From a virus (taxonomy: Duplodnaviria; Caudoviricetes), in the IMG/VR virus record IMGVR_UViG_3300027804_000038, positions 96,001-160,000 of that record: DNA of 64,000 nucleotides; one strand, 5' to 3'. This document shows positions 18,921 to 29,090 of this stretch, piece by piece. Every line of letters begins with the position of its first letter. The stretch's first letter is position 1. Below the pieces are notes generated by a model. The model was not told where the DNA came from. It was given only the letters and a program-made list of their open reading frames with translations, and made no database searches. The translations under genes were made by a program, and so were the position numbers.

Positions 18921-20041
18921 TATATTACATATATATTTCTTGGAAATGCTCTTGTTTTAAGTTGTTTCTGTAAATTTTCGGCAATTAGAGCCTCTCTTTC
19001 CATTATTTTTTCAGGTCTTAATCTTGTTAATCTTCCGTCTGCACCAATTAATTCCTCTATTAATTTTGTTTTTTCATCTTTACCTTCAGTGGCTAAAGAA
19101 GCGTAATCCATAGTTAATTCAGAATCTGGTGTTTTTAAATTTCCTGAATATTTTCCTCTTACTTTTGACAGTGTTTCTTTACAACTTGCAACAAAATATC
19201 TTCTAACCCACTGTCTTGCTGGGTTATTTAAATCTGACCAAGACATTTCATCTAAAGGAACGTCTGATGGTAATTTTATAATATCAGGATTATCTCTTAA
19301 ACAAGAATCTCTATCCGCACCTTCAGTATCATAATACCAATACCAAACCTGACCTTTCATTAAAGATGAATTACCAAAGTCAAATTTACCACCAGGAGTT
19401 TGCATTAAATGTACTGCTTTTTTACCTTCAGGTAATGCTGTCACACGATATGTTAAATCTCCCGCAATGATTCTTTTTTGTATATTAATTTCCTGTAGTC
19501 TTAACATCATGTCAAATGCTGGCATCATAAAATAAGACCCTGTATATCCCATTTGCGAATATCCTGCTGGACCACCAAGACCATAACCGCCAAGAGCCCC
19601 AAAACTCCATGGGTCAAAGAGAACGTTTGTCATTGGTGTTGGTGTGAACCAAAGTAATTCGTTTATTTCTCTATTAGCAGGTATTTCATATATTTGTACG
19701 TTAGGTTCTAATTGTATGTAATCTTTCTTTAGTACCCACGGTCCATTATTTTGTAAGCCTACAATTTTAGAATAAGCATACTGATATCGTTGTTCGTAAT
19801 CAAAACTTCTTGTAATAAATGCAGTGGATAAAGAACTTACGTCTAAATTTAAATTATATAATGAAGTCCACTGAGATTCTATTAACCAATCTTGGATATA
19901 TTGTGAATAATCACCAATTGAGAATTCTAATATAGTGTCTAATTGCTCGTCTTCTAATTCAATTGAGCGTAAAGGAGCCCCTAATACATGACGTACTTTT
20001 GTATATAATTGACTTCTTTCTGGTTCTGCGATTATTGCCAT
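18920..20041 (-). CDS. Neck/head-completion protein (T4 gp13-like)
   Basis: VRHVLGAPLRSIELEDEQLD N-terminus and KVRGKYSGNL...ATEGKDE C-terminus resemble gp13. Confidence 0.65.
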   Translation of the reverse strand: MAIIAEPERSQLYTKVRHVLGAPLRSIELEDEQLDTILEFSIGDYSQYIQDWLIESQWTSLYNLNLDVSSLSTAFITRSFDYEQRYQYAYSKIVGLQNNGPWVLKKDYIQLEPNVQIYEIPANREINELLWFTPTPMTNVLFDPWSFGALGGYGLGGPAGYSQMGYTGSYFMMPAFDMMLRLQEINIQKRIIAGDLTYRVTALPEGKKAVHLMQTPGGKFDFGNSSLMKGQVWYWYYDTEGADRDSCLRDNPDIIKLPSDVPLDEMSWSDLNNPARQWVRRYFVASCKETLSKVRGKYSGNLKTPDSELTMDYASLATEGKDEKTKLIEELIGADGRLTRLRPEKIMEREALIAENLQKQLKTRAFPRNIYVI

Positions 20042-20080
20042 TTTGATATCTTTATTTAATAAATATCAAAATCAATTAAT

Positions 20081-20788
20081 TTATCTTTTAGATTCTATTC
20101 TTTGTTTGTAAAGTTCGTTTACAAATTTCCAATTAATAACTTCCCAAAAATTATTTATATATTCGTCTCTTTTATTCTGATACTTTAAATAGTAAGCGTG
20201 TTCCCATAAATCAAGTCCTAATATTGGAAATCCACCTCTGTCAATTATGTTCATTAATGGATTATCTTGATTCGGTGTCGTCATAATTTTTAATGACCCG
20301 TTATCTTTTACAACTAACCATACCCATCCAGACCCAAATCTTTTTCTTGCTAATTCTTCAAATTTAGTTCTAAATTTTCTATAAGTCCCAAACTGTTGTT
20401 TTATTTTTTCTAATATAGGACCATTTGGTTGTTGGTAAGTTGGAGATAACATTTTCCAAAATAACGCATGGTTAAATGCTCCCCCCGCATTATTTCTTAT
20501 TGTTTCGTTATATTTGGATATTTGTTTTATAATATTTTCTAATTCAACATCACCATAGTCTTTTTTACGTAAAGCTGAATTTAATTTTTTTACATAACCC
20601 TTATAATGTCTTTGGTAATGTATTTTCATTGTTTCAGGGTCAATGAACCTACGTAAAGAAGAATATGAATACGGTAATCTATCAATACCGATGGTTTTCA
20701 TTTCAGTTAAGAAGAATTTTAAATCACTTTCCTCCTCACCATTAATTTGATTTAATAAACTTTCAGATAATAACTTTAAAGATTTCAT
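20081..20788 (-). CDS. sod: Mn/Fe superoxide dismutase (Mn-type or cambialistic signature) with a 29-aa N-terminal extension
   Basis: Ligands HYQRHY, NHALFW, DLWEHAYY; NNAGG and NQDNP indicate Mn type. ATG at 20788 (the track starts at a TTG, 20791). Confidence 0.92.
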   Translation of the reverse strand: MKSLKLLSESLLNQINGEEESDLKFFLTEMKTIGIDRLPYSYSSLRRFIDPETMKIHYQRHYKGYVKKLNSALRKKDYGDVELENIIKQISKYNETIRNNAGGAFNHALFWKMLSPTYQQPNGPILEKIKQQFGTYRKFRTKFEELARKRFGSGWVWLVVKDNGSLKIMTTPNQDNPLMNIIDRGGFPILGLDLWEHAYYLKYQNKRDEYINNFWEVINWKFVNELYKQRIESKR

Positions 20789-20801
20789 CAATAATAAATA
20801 C

Positions 20802-22547
20802 TCATCTATTATTGATTTCTTTTAATATTTCCTCAACTATATCTATAGAACCTTCATCAGTGTCTCCCATAACAGTACCGATTATTTGTTTTTTTCTAGA
20901 TAAAATGTCATAAATTGCCCCTTCAATAGTGTTCTCAAAGATTGGGTAGTAAACCAATACGTTATTTTTTTGTCCATATCTATACGCTCTATCTTCCGCC
21001 TGTGCATGGTCAGAGGGTAAAAACGATAAATCATTCATAATTACACACTCGGCTTCTGTAAGAGTTAACCCAACCCCTGCCGCTTTTATATTACCACAAA
21101 AAACTTTAACCTTGTCGTTTGTTTGAAAATCGTCAACTGCTTTTTGTCTCGCTGGTTTAGTTGTTGAGCCGTCCAAATAAACGGACTGTTTGCCAAAATG
21201 TTCGTGAATTTTCATTAAGGGTTCCGTAAAGTTAGAAAAAATTATAACTTTTTTACCTTGTTCTAAAATGTTTTCCGCAACTTCAATAGTGGTTTTTATT
21301 TTTTCTTCAGCAATTACTTGTCTTACTTTCATCAGTTTTGAAAACTGAATTGTTAACGATTTTGATTCTTCTTTTTTATTTGAATACCAATCATAATATT
21401 CCCCCATAAGTTCTTCATATAATTTTGAACTTAGTCTTTGGTAAATTGGGGTTATTATTTTTTCAGGTAAGTCCAAAACATCGGTTTTTAGTCTTCTAAT
21501 TACATGTCTTGATGTCCTGTCCCTCAACTCCTCTAAGTTAGACGCTCCTGTAACATTCCAAACTTTTCTTTTACCAACTGTAAATTGGTATCCTGCACAG
21601 TATCTTATTGCGTATGCCATCCAGTTGGAAGCTACAGGACTTTCAATTAGATTCAATAAATTATAATAATTCATTGGTCTTGATGTCATTGGAGTTCCAG
21701 TTAACAACCAAAGTTTTGGGATTTCTTTTACGATATCGTTAATTAATTTAGTTCTTTGTGCTTGCGGGTTTGAAATATAATGAGCCTCGTCAATTACAAC
21801 TAAATCAAAATATTCTTTCATTATTACCGAATCTTTTGATTTAATTTCATGGAAATTCTTTAATATATCATAATTGACAATGTAATATTTGTGACCTTCC
21901 TCCCATTTTTTACCTTCTACAATAAAAGTAGATTCGTTGGTATATAAAGCAATTTCCCTTTTCCAATTTATTTTTAAAGTTGCTGGACAGATAATTAAAA
22001 TTTTTTTGGAACCACTCTCAATAGAAGATATTACAGTACTAGTTGTTTTTCCTAATCCCATGTCATCGGCAACTATAAACTTATCATTTTCAAGTAATTT
22101 TATTATACATTCTTTTTGATGTGATAACGGAGGTCTATGAGAGTACTTATCCCAATCAACAGAAGCCTCTCTATTTTTACCTTTTAAAATTGCACTTTTA
22201 GGTACCCAAAAATCGTGAAGAGTTTCTCCACTAAATATTTTACCCCAAATATGATAAGATTTATCTTTTTCGACTAATAATTTCTCAACGTAGATTTTAT
22301 CAGGTTCCTTAACAAATGGATTATCTTCTACAAATTTTTTAGCAAAATATTGGTCCACATCGACCCATTTTTTGGCGACTTTTGGATTAGTTTTATTATA
22401 ATTTAAAATATAATCACATTGACTTCTTGTTGGAAAAAAACTTGGATTAGATTCTTTTTGAGATTTTAATTTGAGCAAATAGTTATTGGACCCAATATAA
22501 TTGGATAGCACGTCTATTGCTTTTTGTTCGATACTTACGTTTTCCAT
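20802..22547 (-). CDS. SNF2-family (SMARCAL1/HARP-like) ATPase/helicase
   Basis: ADDMGLGKT, VIDEAH, LTGTPM, AAGVGLTL, QAEDRAYRYGQ. Confidence 0.9.
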   Translation of the reverse strand: MENVSIEQKAIDVLSNYIGSNNYLLKLKSQKESNPSFFPTRSQCDYILNYNKTNPKVAKKWVDVDQYFAKKFVEDNPFVKEPDKIYVEKLLVEKDKSYHIWGKIFSGETLHDFWVPKSAILKGKNREASVDWDKYSHRPPLSHQKECIIKLLENDKFIVADDMGLGKTTSTVISSIESGSKKILIICPATLKINWKREIALYTNESTFIVEGKKWEEGHKYYIVNYDILKNFHEIKSKDSVIMKEYFDLVVIDEAHYISNPQAQRTKLINDIVKEIPKLWLLTGTPMTSRPMNYYNLLNLIESPVASNWMAYAIRYCAGYQFTVGKRKVWNVTGASNLEELRDRTSRHVIRRLKTDVLDLPEKIITPIYQRLSSKLYEELMGEYYDWYSNKKEESKSLTIQFSKLMKVRQVIAEEKIKTTIEVAENILEQGKKVIIFSNFTEPLMKIHEHFGKQSVYLDGSTTKPARQKAVDDFQTNDKVKVFCGNIKAAGVGLTLTEAECVIMNDLSFLPSDHAQAEDRAYRYGQKNNVLVYYPIFENTIEGAIYDILSRKKQIIGTVMGDTDEGSIDIVEEILKEINNR

Positions 22548-22562
22548 AATTAGAACTAATTA

Positions 22563-22591
22563 AATATAATTCATAATTAGATATTTATCAA
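22563..22591 (-). promoter_or_regulatory. Sigma70-like promoter for the SNF2 gene, overlapping an opposite-strand TATTTAT (22582-22588)
   Basis: Minus strand TTGATA (22591-22586), N17, TATATT (22568-22563). Confidence 0.55.
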
Positions 22592-22592
22592 T

Positions 22593-23108
22593 ATGAGTCA
22601 AAGAAATGTACCTATAACAAGATTAAGTAAATTTTTTGGTGCCGAAGATTTTAGTTTGGACGTTGGTATGGGTAGGGAATGGTTAGAAGGTGATATGAAT
22701 TTTACTTTAGTATTATATTCAGTGGATAAAACTAAAACAAATATTGATGATGTATATGGAGAAGCCTTACAAGATGGGATTAAATTTAAAACTCCTGTAG
22801 AATTTAAGGCATTTGTTCAGGTAATGGCCCCTGAGAATAAAAATGTAGGAACATCTAAATTAGATTTAATGGAACCTGGTAATATAAGAATATCAGTTTA
22901 TCAGTCTCACTTAGATGAATTAGGTATTGATATACAATATGGAGATTATATTGGATACTATGAAACAGAAAACAGAGTTAGATATTATACTGTAAATAAT
23001 GATGGTAGGGTTACTTCAGATAACAAACATACTTATGCTGGGTATAAGCCATTTTATAGAACTATAGTCGCATCTTTTGTAAACAATAATGAGTTTAGAG
23101 GTTTATAA
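22593..23108 (+). CDS. Head-closure/neck protein (T4 gp14-like)
   Basis: DDVYGE, PVEFKAFV, IQYGDYI pattern and position before the gp15-like gene. Confidence 0.55.
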   Translation: MSQRNVPITRLSKFFGAEDFSLDVGMGREWLEGDMNFTLVLYSVDKTKTNIDDVYGEALQDGIKFKTPVEFKAFVQVMAPENKNVGTSKLDLMEPGNIRISVYQSHLDELGIDIQYGDYIGYYETENRVRYYTVNNDGRVTSDNKHTYAGYKPFYRTIVASFVNNNEFRGL

Positions 23109-23121
23109 AAATAATGGTAAT

Positions 23122-23580
23122 ATGAAAATACTAATAACTGAAAGACAACAAAATTTAATTATTGAAAACGAATTAAATGATAACCCAAAAGAATTTTTGG
23201 GGGAAAGAGTTATGGTATATTATAATTTACATAAACACACGTTTTCTGTTACATATAAATCTAAAGTAATTATTCATGCGGATTACGTTAAATTAAAAGA
23301 TGTGGAATTTAGAGTTAGAGTTGGAGGTAAAGAAAGGGTTAGGTCTGAAAAAAGTAAAAATGTACATGCCTTTGTAATTGGTAATTTAGTTGATTATTGC
23401 GAATATCCTTGTGAAAATATGCCTAGTGAAAGTAACAGTAAGGTTGTAACGTATAATCCATACAAATATGATAGTTTTGTATATAAAGATACTGAAGAAC
23501 CTATATATCGTGCTAAAGAGGTTGATATGGTTAATCAAAAAAATAAATTATTTGTTATTAACGAAATTGTAAAATACTAA
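23122..23580 (+). CDS. Conserved-looking hypothetical phage protein (start probably 23122 rather than 23089)
   Basis: VYYNLHKHTFSV...KNVHAFVIG...VTYNPYKYDSF; N-terminal leader MKILITE. Confidence 0.65.
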   Translation: MKILITERQQNLIIENELNDNPKEFLGERVMVYYNLHKHTFSVTYKSKVIIHADYVKLKDVEFRVRVGGKERVRSEKSKNVHAFVIGNLVDYCEYPCENMPSESNSKVVTYNPYKYDSFVYKDTEEPIYRAKEVDMVNQKNKLFVINEIVKY

Positions 23581-23581
23581 T

Positions 23582-24643
23582 ATGGCTTTACCAAAAAAAA
23601 TTAAAAAAAATATAAATTTAACTAATCCTAAGACAGGTTTTGCCAGACGAGAAGAATTGGTTGACATTATAAATGAAAATGGTACTTATTTACCTAAATC
23701 AATTCTACATGCCGATTTAGATAGAGGTTTTTTAGATTTTGTAAAAAATGATTTAGAAATATCAACGGACAGTGGAAAAAAAGTTCCTGTAATTGATATT
23801 ATTATTACAACTCAAAATTGGGCACAGTTTACACAAACATGGAATTTTAATGATTTAGATAAAAACGTTTTACCTCCATTTGTAACAACAGTAAGAACCC
23901 CTGAAGTTAAATACGGTACCTTACCATCATTAAGATGGAATATACCTAATAGAAAACAATATTTTTATGCTGCAGTACCAAATTTTAATAATGGTAGAAA
24001 GGGAGTTGATATATACACAATACCACAACCAGTTCCTGTAGATATAAAATATTCAGTTAGGATAGTTTGCAATAGAATGAGAGAATTAAATTCTTTTAAC
24101 AAAAAAGTTATTGAGACATTCGCATCTAGACAAGCATATACTGTTGTTAAAGGTAATTACATCCCAATAATTTTAGATGAAATTCAAGACGAGTCAGTAA
24201 TGGACTTAGAAAAAAGAAAATTGTATATACAGACCTATAATTTTACTCTACAGGGTTTTTTAATTGATGAGAATGAATTTGAAGTGAAGCCTGCGGTTAG
24301 TAGAGCTTTTACAATAATGGAAATTAATACTGGTAAAACTAGGTCTAAAAAACCTAAAGCACAACCTGAAAATATTAATATTATACCTTTTAACATTAAT
24401 TTTCCATTGTCTACAACGGCATTTACCTACACTTTTGAATATAATTCAAACTTAACACAAGACGGGATATCAAACATTTCAAACTACGATGTTTATATTA
24501 ATAACTTGTATTATGGTAGTAATATTCTGAGCAGTACAGGTAATACAATTCAGGTTAACACAAATGATGTTCTAACTATTAATATAACAAAGACAAATGC
24601 TTTAGACCCATCTATATTACAATGGACATCTAAAATAGTTTAA
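23582..24643 (+). CDS. Tail terminator/sheath stabiliser (T4 gp15-like)
   Basis: PVPVDIKYSVRIVCNRMRELN pattern and position between neck and sheath. Confidence 0.55.
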   Translation: MALPKKIKKNINLTNPKTGFARREELVDIINENGTYLPKSILHADLDRGFLDFVKNDLEISTDSGKKVPVIDIIITTQNWAQFTQTWNFNDLDKNVLPPFVTTVRTPEVKYGTLPSLRWNIPNRKQYFYAAVPNFNNGRKGVDIYTIPQPVPVDIKYSVRIVCNRMRELNSFNKKVIETFASRQAYTVVKGNYIPIILDEIQDESVMDLEKRKLYIQTYNFTLQGFLIDENEFEVKPAVSRAFTIMEINTGKTRSKKPKAQPENINIIPFNINFPLSTTAFTYTFEYNSNLTQDGISNISNYDVYINNLYYGSNILSSTGNTIQVNTNDVLTINITKTNALDPSILQWTSKIV

Positions 24644-24789
24644 TTTTCACCATAGATATCTTTTTTCTCAGAACAATTTTCAATTATTAAATTTTCTAAA
24701 AATTTATGAATCTTTAGTCCTTTTTTAGTGCAATAGGTTTTTAGTATTTTGTGAGATTCTTCAGATATCTTCAAATTCTTTATTTTCAT
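24640..24789 (-). CDS. Small ribbon-helix-helix-like DNA-binding protein, 49 aa
   Basis: MKIKNLKISEESHKILKTYCTKKGLKIHKFLENLI: alternating strand followed by two helices. ATG at 24789, TATTTAT 35 nt upstream. Confidence 0.6.
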   Translation of the reverse strand: MKIKNLKISEESHKILKTYCTKKGLKIHKFLENLIIENCSEKKDIYGEN

Positions 24790-24824
24790 GGTAGAATTAA
24801 GGCAGAATAAATTCTTACTTATTG

Positions 24825-24874
24825 ATAAATAGATGTGCCACACTAAAATTTTTGCGATTTTTTGCAATATTTAT
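24825..24874. promoter_or_regulatory. Divergent TATTTAT pair (RHH gene / tail sheath)
   Basis: Minus motif at 24831-24825 and plus motif at 24868-24874, each 35 nt from its ATG. Confidence 0.55.
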
Positions 24875-24909
24875 CGTTAAAATAAATCAGTTAAAAAAAA
24901 ATTAAATTA

Positions 24910-27900
24910 ATGGCTACATCAAACAAAGTTTTTGTTTCTCCAGGTGTTTACACATCTGAAAGAGACTTATCATTTGTGGCACAAAGTGTTGGTGTAACAA
25001 CTTTAGGTATTGTTGGGGAGACACAAAAAGGACCCGCTTTTGAACCTATTTTTGTGACTAACTATGATGAGTTCCAATCGTATTTTGGAGGTACCTCACC
25101 TGAAAAATTTGTGAACACGCAAATACCTAAATATGAAGCGGCATATATTGCTAAATCATATTTACAACAATCTAACCAATTATTTGTAACAAGAATATTG
25201 GGGTTATCGGGATATGACGCTGGTCCGTCATGGTCTATTAAAACAATTGCGAATGTTGATTGTAATACAATAGGATTTAACGGTACTGCAACAACATCTT
25301 CATTTACTTTTACAGGAACAAGTGCGTCAACATCATCAATTACACTAACAAGTGTTCCATCCCCAATCTCATCTATTATTAATGATGTCTATACAGAATT
25401 TGATGGAGGAACTTCAAGTATTTCTGAGCAAATTCAAACTCAGTTATTGAATGTTATGAGGTCAACAGGTACTTCTGCAACTTCAATATACTACTTTGGA
25501 GCTATGTCAGGAGCGTCAATAACTGCGGCAATAGGGTCAGGATATACATCACCAACAAATGTTTATTCAGTATCCTCAATTACTGCAGAAACTATTGATT
25601 ACTGTTCAGGTTTAAATGACGCATGGTACTATTCACAGTTTAGTCCCGTTGGTACTACTTCATATTCAGGATTTTCGTTTAATACTTATGTCACTAAATT
25701 AGCTGCTTTAGGTACGCCAGGTCAATATTCAGGTATAGTAACAACTACTGTTAATACTTTTTCAGGTACCCCTTACACTAATTACAGTGATTTAGTAATT
25801 GCAACATTACGTTCAAGAGGTATTACTAATTACAGTTCAACACAATCAGGACCTTTATACCAAGTTAGTGCAACTTCGGCAGTTACTATGGTTTGTACAG
25901 GTTCTTATTCAGGAGTTAGTGAAAATCCGTTTAATACATTTGTAATTTCAGGTGTGACATACCAAGGTTCTAATTTCTCATTTGAGACTTCTTTTGAGAT
26001 TGCTAATTCTAATTATATTACTAAGGTATTTGGTTCAGGTAATTTTGATAAAGACAGAACAGAAGTTCCTTTGTTTGTTGAAGAGCGTTACCAAACCTTA
26101 TTACAATATGGTTATAATAAAGGATATATTAGAGGTTTAAGTTGTTCTTTAGAGTCTTTACCTGAAGCTAGAAACTTAGACACTTCATCAATAGCCAATT
26201 ATTTAGAAAGATATCAAACAGCATTCTCACCATGGGTAGTTTCAGAATTACGTGGTAATAAAGTTTATGAATTGTTTAGATTTGTAACAATATCTGACGG
26301 AGACGCTGCGAACAGAGAAGTTAAAGTTTCTTTAGCAAATATGTCATTTAATAACCAAACATTTGACGTAATAGTTAGAGATTATTATGATAACGACTCA
26401 AATCCTGTGGTACTTGAGAAATTCACTAACTGTACTATGGACCCTGATTTGAATAGTTATATAGCTAAAAAAATCGGTTCGACTGACGGTGAATACGCAA
26501 TACTTTCTAAGTATATAATGGTTGAAATGAACTATGATGCACCGATAGACGCACTTCCATGTGGTTTTGAAGGTTACATTATTAGAACTTATGGAGGAGC
26601 AACTTCACCATTCCCTGTATACAAAACTAAGTATGATTTCCCAGGTGAAGTAATTTATAACCCTCCATTTGGTAACACTAATGGTACTGACGATTCTGTT
26701 ACAAGTTCTGGAGATAATGTTAGAAGAACTTACTTAGGATTCTCAACTTCATTAGGGTTTGATTCTGACTTCTTTGAATATAAAGGTAAACAAGTTCCAA
26801 CTTCTTGGAGTTGTTCAGAACAAGATTACAGTAATTGGGGTGACTTAACTAAAGGTTTCCACATGGATAGTGGAGCAACTGCGGTTACGATATCTTCAAC
26901 ATACTCAACATCAGGTCAATCGGCCTTTGAAGTCGGAGATTCATCATTCTCTCAAGAACCAACAAGTTCAAGCGACCCATATTACAGACTTTATTCTCGT
27001 AAATTCACTGTGTGTGTTTACGGTGGTTTTGACGGATGGGATATCTATAGAGAATACAGAACAAATGAAGATAGATTCATCCTTGGTGAATCAGGATATT
27101 TAGCGGGAGCACAAGCAGGTTGTTCACCTTACACAAACGCAACTGGATGGGGGGCGTTTAAGAGAATCACTGTTGGTGATAACGTAGTTGATTGGGCAAA
27201 TACTGACTATTACGCTTACTTATTAGGTATTAGAAGTTTTGAAAATCCTGAAGTTACTAACATAAACGTTTTAGTTACTCCTGGTATTGACTTTGTTAAT
27301 AACTCAAACTTAACTGAGGCGACTATTGATATGGTTGAAAACGATAGAGCGGATTCAATCTATATTGTAACTAGTCCTGACTTTGACCTATACCAACCAT
27401 CAACTTCTATGGATAACTTAATCTATCCTCAAGAAGCGGTTGATAATTTAGAAACAACAGGTATAGATTCTAACTACACCGCAACTTACTATCCTTGGGT
27501 TCTTACTCGTGATACGGTTAATAACACTCAAATCTATATTCCAGCAACCGCAGAAGTTACAAGAAACTTGGCGTTAACTGACAATATTGCATTCCCTTGG
27601 TTCGCAACTGCGGGATACACAAGAGGTGTTGTAAACGCAATCAGAGCAAGAAAACGTTTAACTCAAGAAGATAGAGATACTCTATACAAAGGAAGAATTA
27701 ACCCGATTGCAACATTCAACGATGTTGGTACTGTAATATGGGGTAATAAAACACTTCAAATTAGAGAGTCGGCTCTTGATAGAATAAATGTTAGAAGATT
27801 GTTGTTACAAGCTCGTAAATTGATTTCAGCGGTGGCTGTAAGATTATTGTTTGAACAAAATGATAACGTAGTTAGACAACAATTTTTAGACTCAGTTAAT

Positions 27901-28089
27901 CCAATATTAGACGCTATTAGAAGAGATAGAGGATTATATGACTTTAGAGTTACCGTACAAAATACACCTGAAGATTTGGATAATAACCAATTAGTTGGTA
28001 AAATTTACATAAAACCAACAAAATCTTTAGAATTTATTGATATTGAATTCTTAATTACTCCTACAGGTGCTAGTTTTGAAGATATCTAA
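24910..28089 (+). CDS. Contractile tail sheath protein with large Ser/Thr-rich insertions
   Basis: FVSPGVYTSERD N-terminus; TYYPWV, PWFATAGYTRG, LYKGRINPI, WGNKTLQ, RINVRRL, IYIKPTKSLEFIDIEF. Confidence 0.95.
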   Translation: MATSNKVFVSPGVYTSERDLSFVAQSVGVTTLGIVGETQKGPAFEPIFVTNYDEFQSYFGGTSPEKFVNTQIPKYEAAYIAKSYLQQSNQLFVTRILGLSGYDAGPSWSIKTIANVDCNTIGFNGTATTSSFTFTGTSASTSSITLTSVPSPISSIINDVYTEFDGGTSSISEQIQTQLLNVMRSTGTSATSIYYFGAMSGASITAAIGSGYTSPTNVYSVSSITAETIDYCSGLNDAWYYSQFSPVGTTSYSGFSFNTYVTKLAALGTPGQYSGIVTTTVNTFSGTPYTNYSDLVIATLRSRGITNYSSTQSGPLYQVSATSAVTMVCTGSYSGVSENPFNTFVISGVTYQGSNFSFETSFEIANSNYITKVFGSGNFDKDRTEVPLFVEERYQTLLQYGYNKGYIRGLSCSLESLPEARNLDTSSIANYLERYQTAFSPWVVSELRGNKVYELFRFVTISDGDAANREVKVSLANMSFNNQTFDVIVRDYYDNDSNPVVLEKFTNCTMDPDLNSYIAKKIGSTDGEYAILSKYIMVEMNYDAPIDALPCGFEGYIIRTYGGATSPFPVYKTKYDFPGEVIYNPPFGNTNGTDDSVTSSGDNVRRTYLGFSTSLGFDSDFFEYKGKQVPTSWSCSEQDYSNWGDLTKGFHMDSGATAVTISSTYSTSGQSAFEVGDSSFSQEPTSSSDPYYRLYSRKFTVCVYGGFDGWDIYREYRTNEDRFILGESGYLAGAQAGCSPYTNATGWGAFKRITVGDNVVDWANTDYYAYLLGIRSFENPEVTNINVLVTPGIDFVNNSNLTEATIDMVENDRADSIYIVTSPDFDLYQPSTSMDNLIYPQEAVDNLETTGIDSNYTATYYPWVLTRDTVNNTQIYIPATAEVTRNLALTDNIAFPWFATAGYTRGVVNAIRARKRLTQEDRDTLYKGRINPIATFNDVGTVIWGNKTLQIRESALDRINVRRLLLQARKLISAVAVRLLFEQNDNVVRQQFLDSVNPILDAIRRDRGLYDFRVTVQNTPEDLDNNQLVGKIYIKPTKSLEFIDIEFLITPTGASFEDI

Positions 28090-28107
28090 TAAAAACAAGA
28101 TAAAAAT

Positions 28108-28140
28108 AAAAACCCTCAGAAATGGGGGTTTTTTGTTTTT
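28108..28140 (+). terminator. Intrinsic terminator after the sheath gene
   Basis: AAAAACCCTCA-GAAA-TGGGGGTTTTT followed by T-rich sequence. Confidence 0.85.
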
Positions 28141-28155
28141 AATATATTTATGAAT

Positions 28156-28974
28156 ATGAAATTAATTATTGTTGAAGGATTTAGAGATGAAATAACCCCA
28201 GACATGAAGTATTATGCTTTTGATTGGGATGATAATATTATGTTCATGCCAACCAAAATAATTTTAAAAACCGAAGATGGTAGTGAAATTGGTATGGGGA
28301 CCGAAGATTTTGCCGAACATAGGGTAGATATTGGTAAAAATCCATTTGAATATAAAGGTGAAACAATTGTAGGATTTGCTGAAAATCCTTTTAGGAATTT
28401 TGGGGTGTCTGGAGATAAAAAATTTATAATTGATTCATTATTATCTAAAACAGGTCCAGCTTGGGATGATTTTGTTGAGTGTATTAACGGTGGTTCAATA
28501 TTCTCAATAATAACTGCTAGAGGACATTCACCAGAGACTTTAAAACAGTCAGTTAAAAACTTAATTGAGGTTAACTATAAAGGTCTTTCAAAAAAAGAAT
28601 TAGTTAAAAATTTAAGAAAATATAGAGAAATATATGGTGAAGAGGACATGTCAGATTTAGAACTTATAAATGAGTATCTTGATATGTGTAAATTTTATCC
28701 TGTAACGTATGGAGAAGGTTCCGCACAAAATCCTGAAGAAGGCAAAGTTAAGGCAATTAAAGAATTCTCAAAGTACGTGATGGAATTAGCGAAAGAATTA
28801 CACCAAACACCTTATTTTAAGAATGATGTATCTAACAATTTTATACCACAAATAGGATTTTCAGATGATGATTTAAGAAATTTAGCTAAGATGAAAAGTG
28901 CTTTAAAAGATGACCCAGAAAATATTGTACAATTATATTCAACACATGGAGGAGAAAAAAAGAAGTATGATTAA
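28156..28974 (+). CDS. HAD-superfamily phosphatase-like protein (start probably 28156)
   Basis: Motif I FDWDDN, motif II IITARG, motif III Lys (EGKVKA), motif IV GFSDDD. Confidence 0.65.
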   Translation: MKLIIVEGFRDEITPDMKYYAFDWDDNIMFMPTKIILKTEDGSEIGMGTEDFAEHRVDIGKNPFEYKGETIVGFAENPFRNFGVSGDKKFIIDSLLSKTGPAWDDFVECINGGSIFSIITARGHSPETLKQSVKNLIEVNYKGLSKKELVKNLRKYREIYGEEDMSDLELINEYLDMCKFYPVTYGEGSAQNPEEGKVKAIKEFSKYVMELAKELHQTPYFKNDVSNNFIPQIGFSDDDLRNLAKMKSALKDDPENIVQLYSTHGGEKKKYD

Positions 28975-29090
28975 TAAATTTAACTGGTCTTAATGCAATA
29001 TTCATTTAAAAAAACTTCAAAGTAAATAGAAAAATTTTAAAACGATACTATTTATATAAAAAATAAAAGAGAAATTAAAAACAAAATAAT

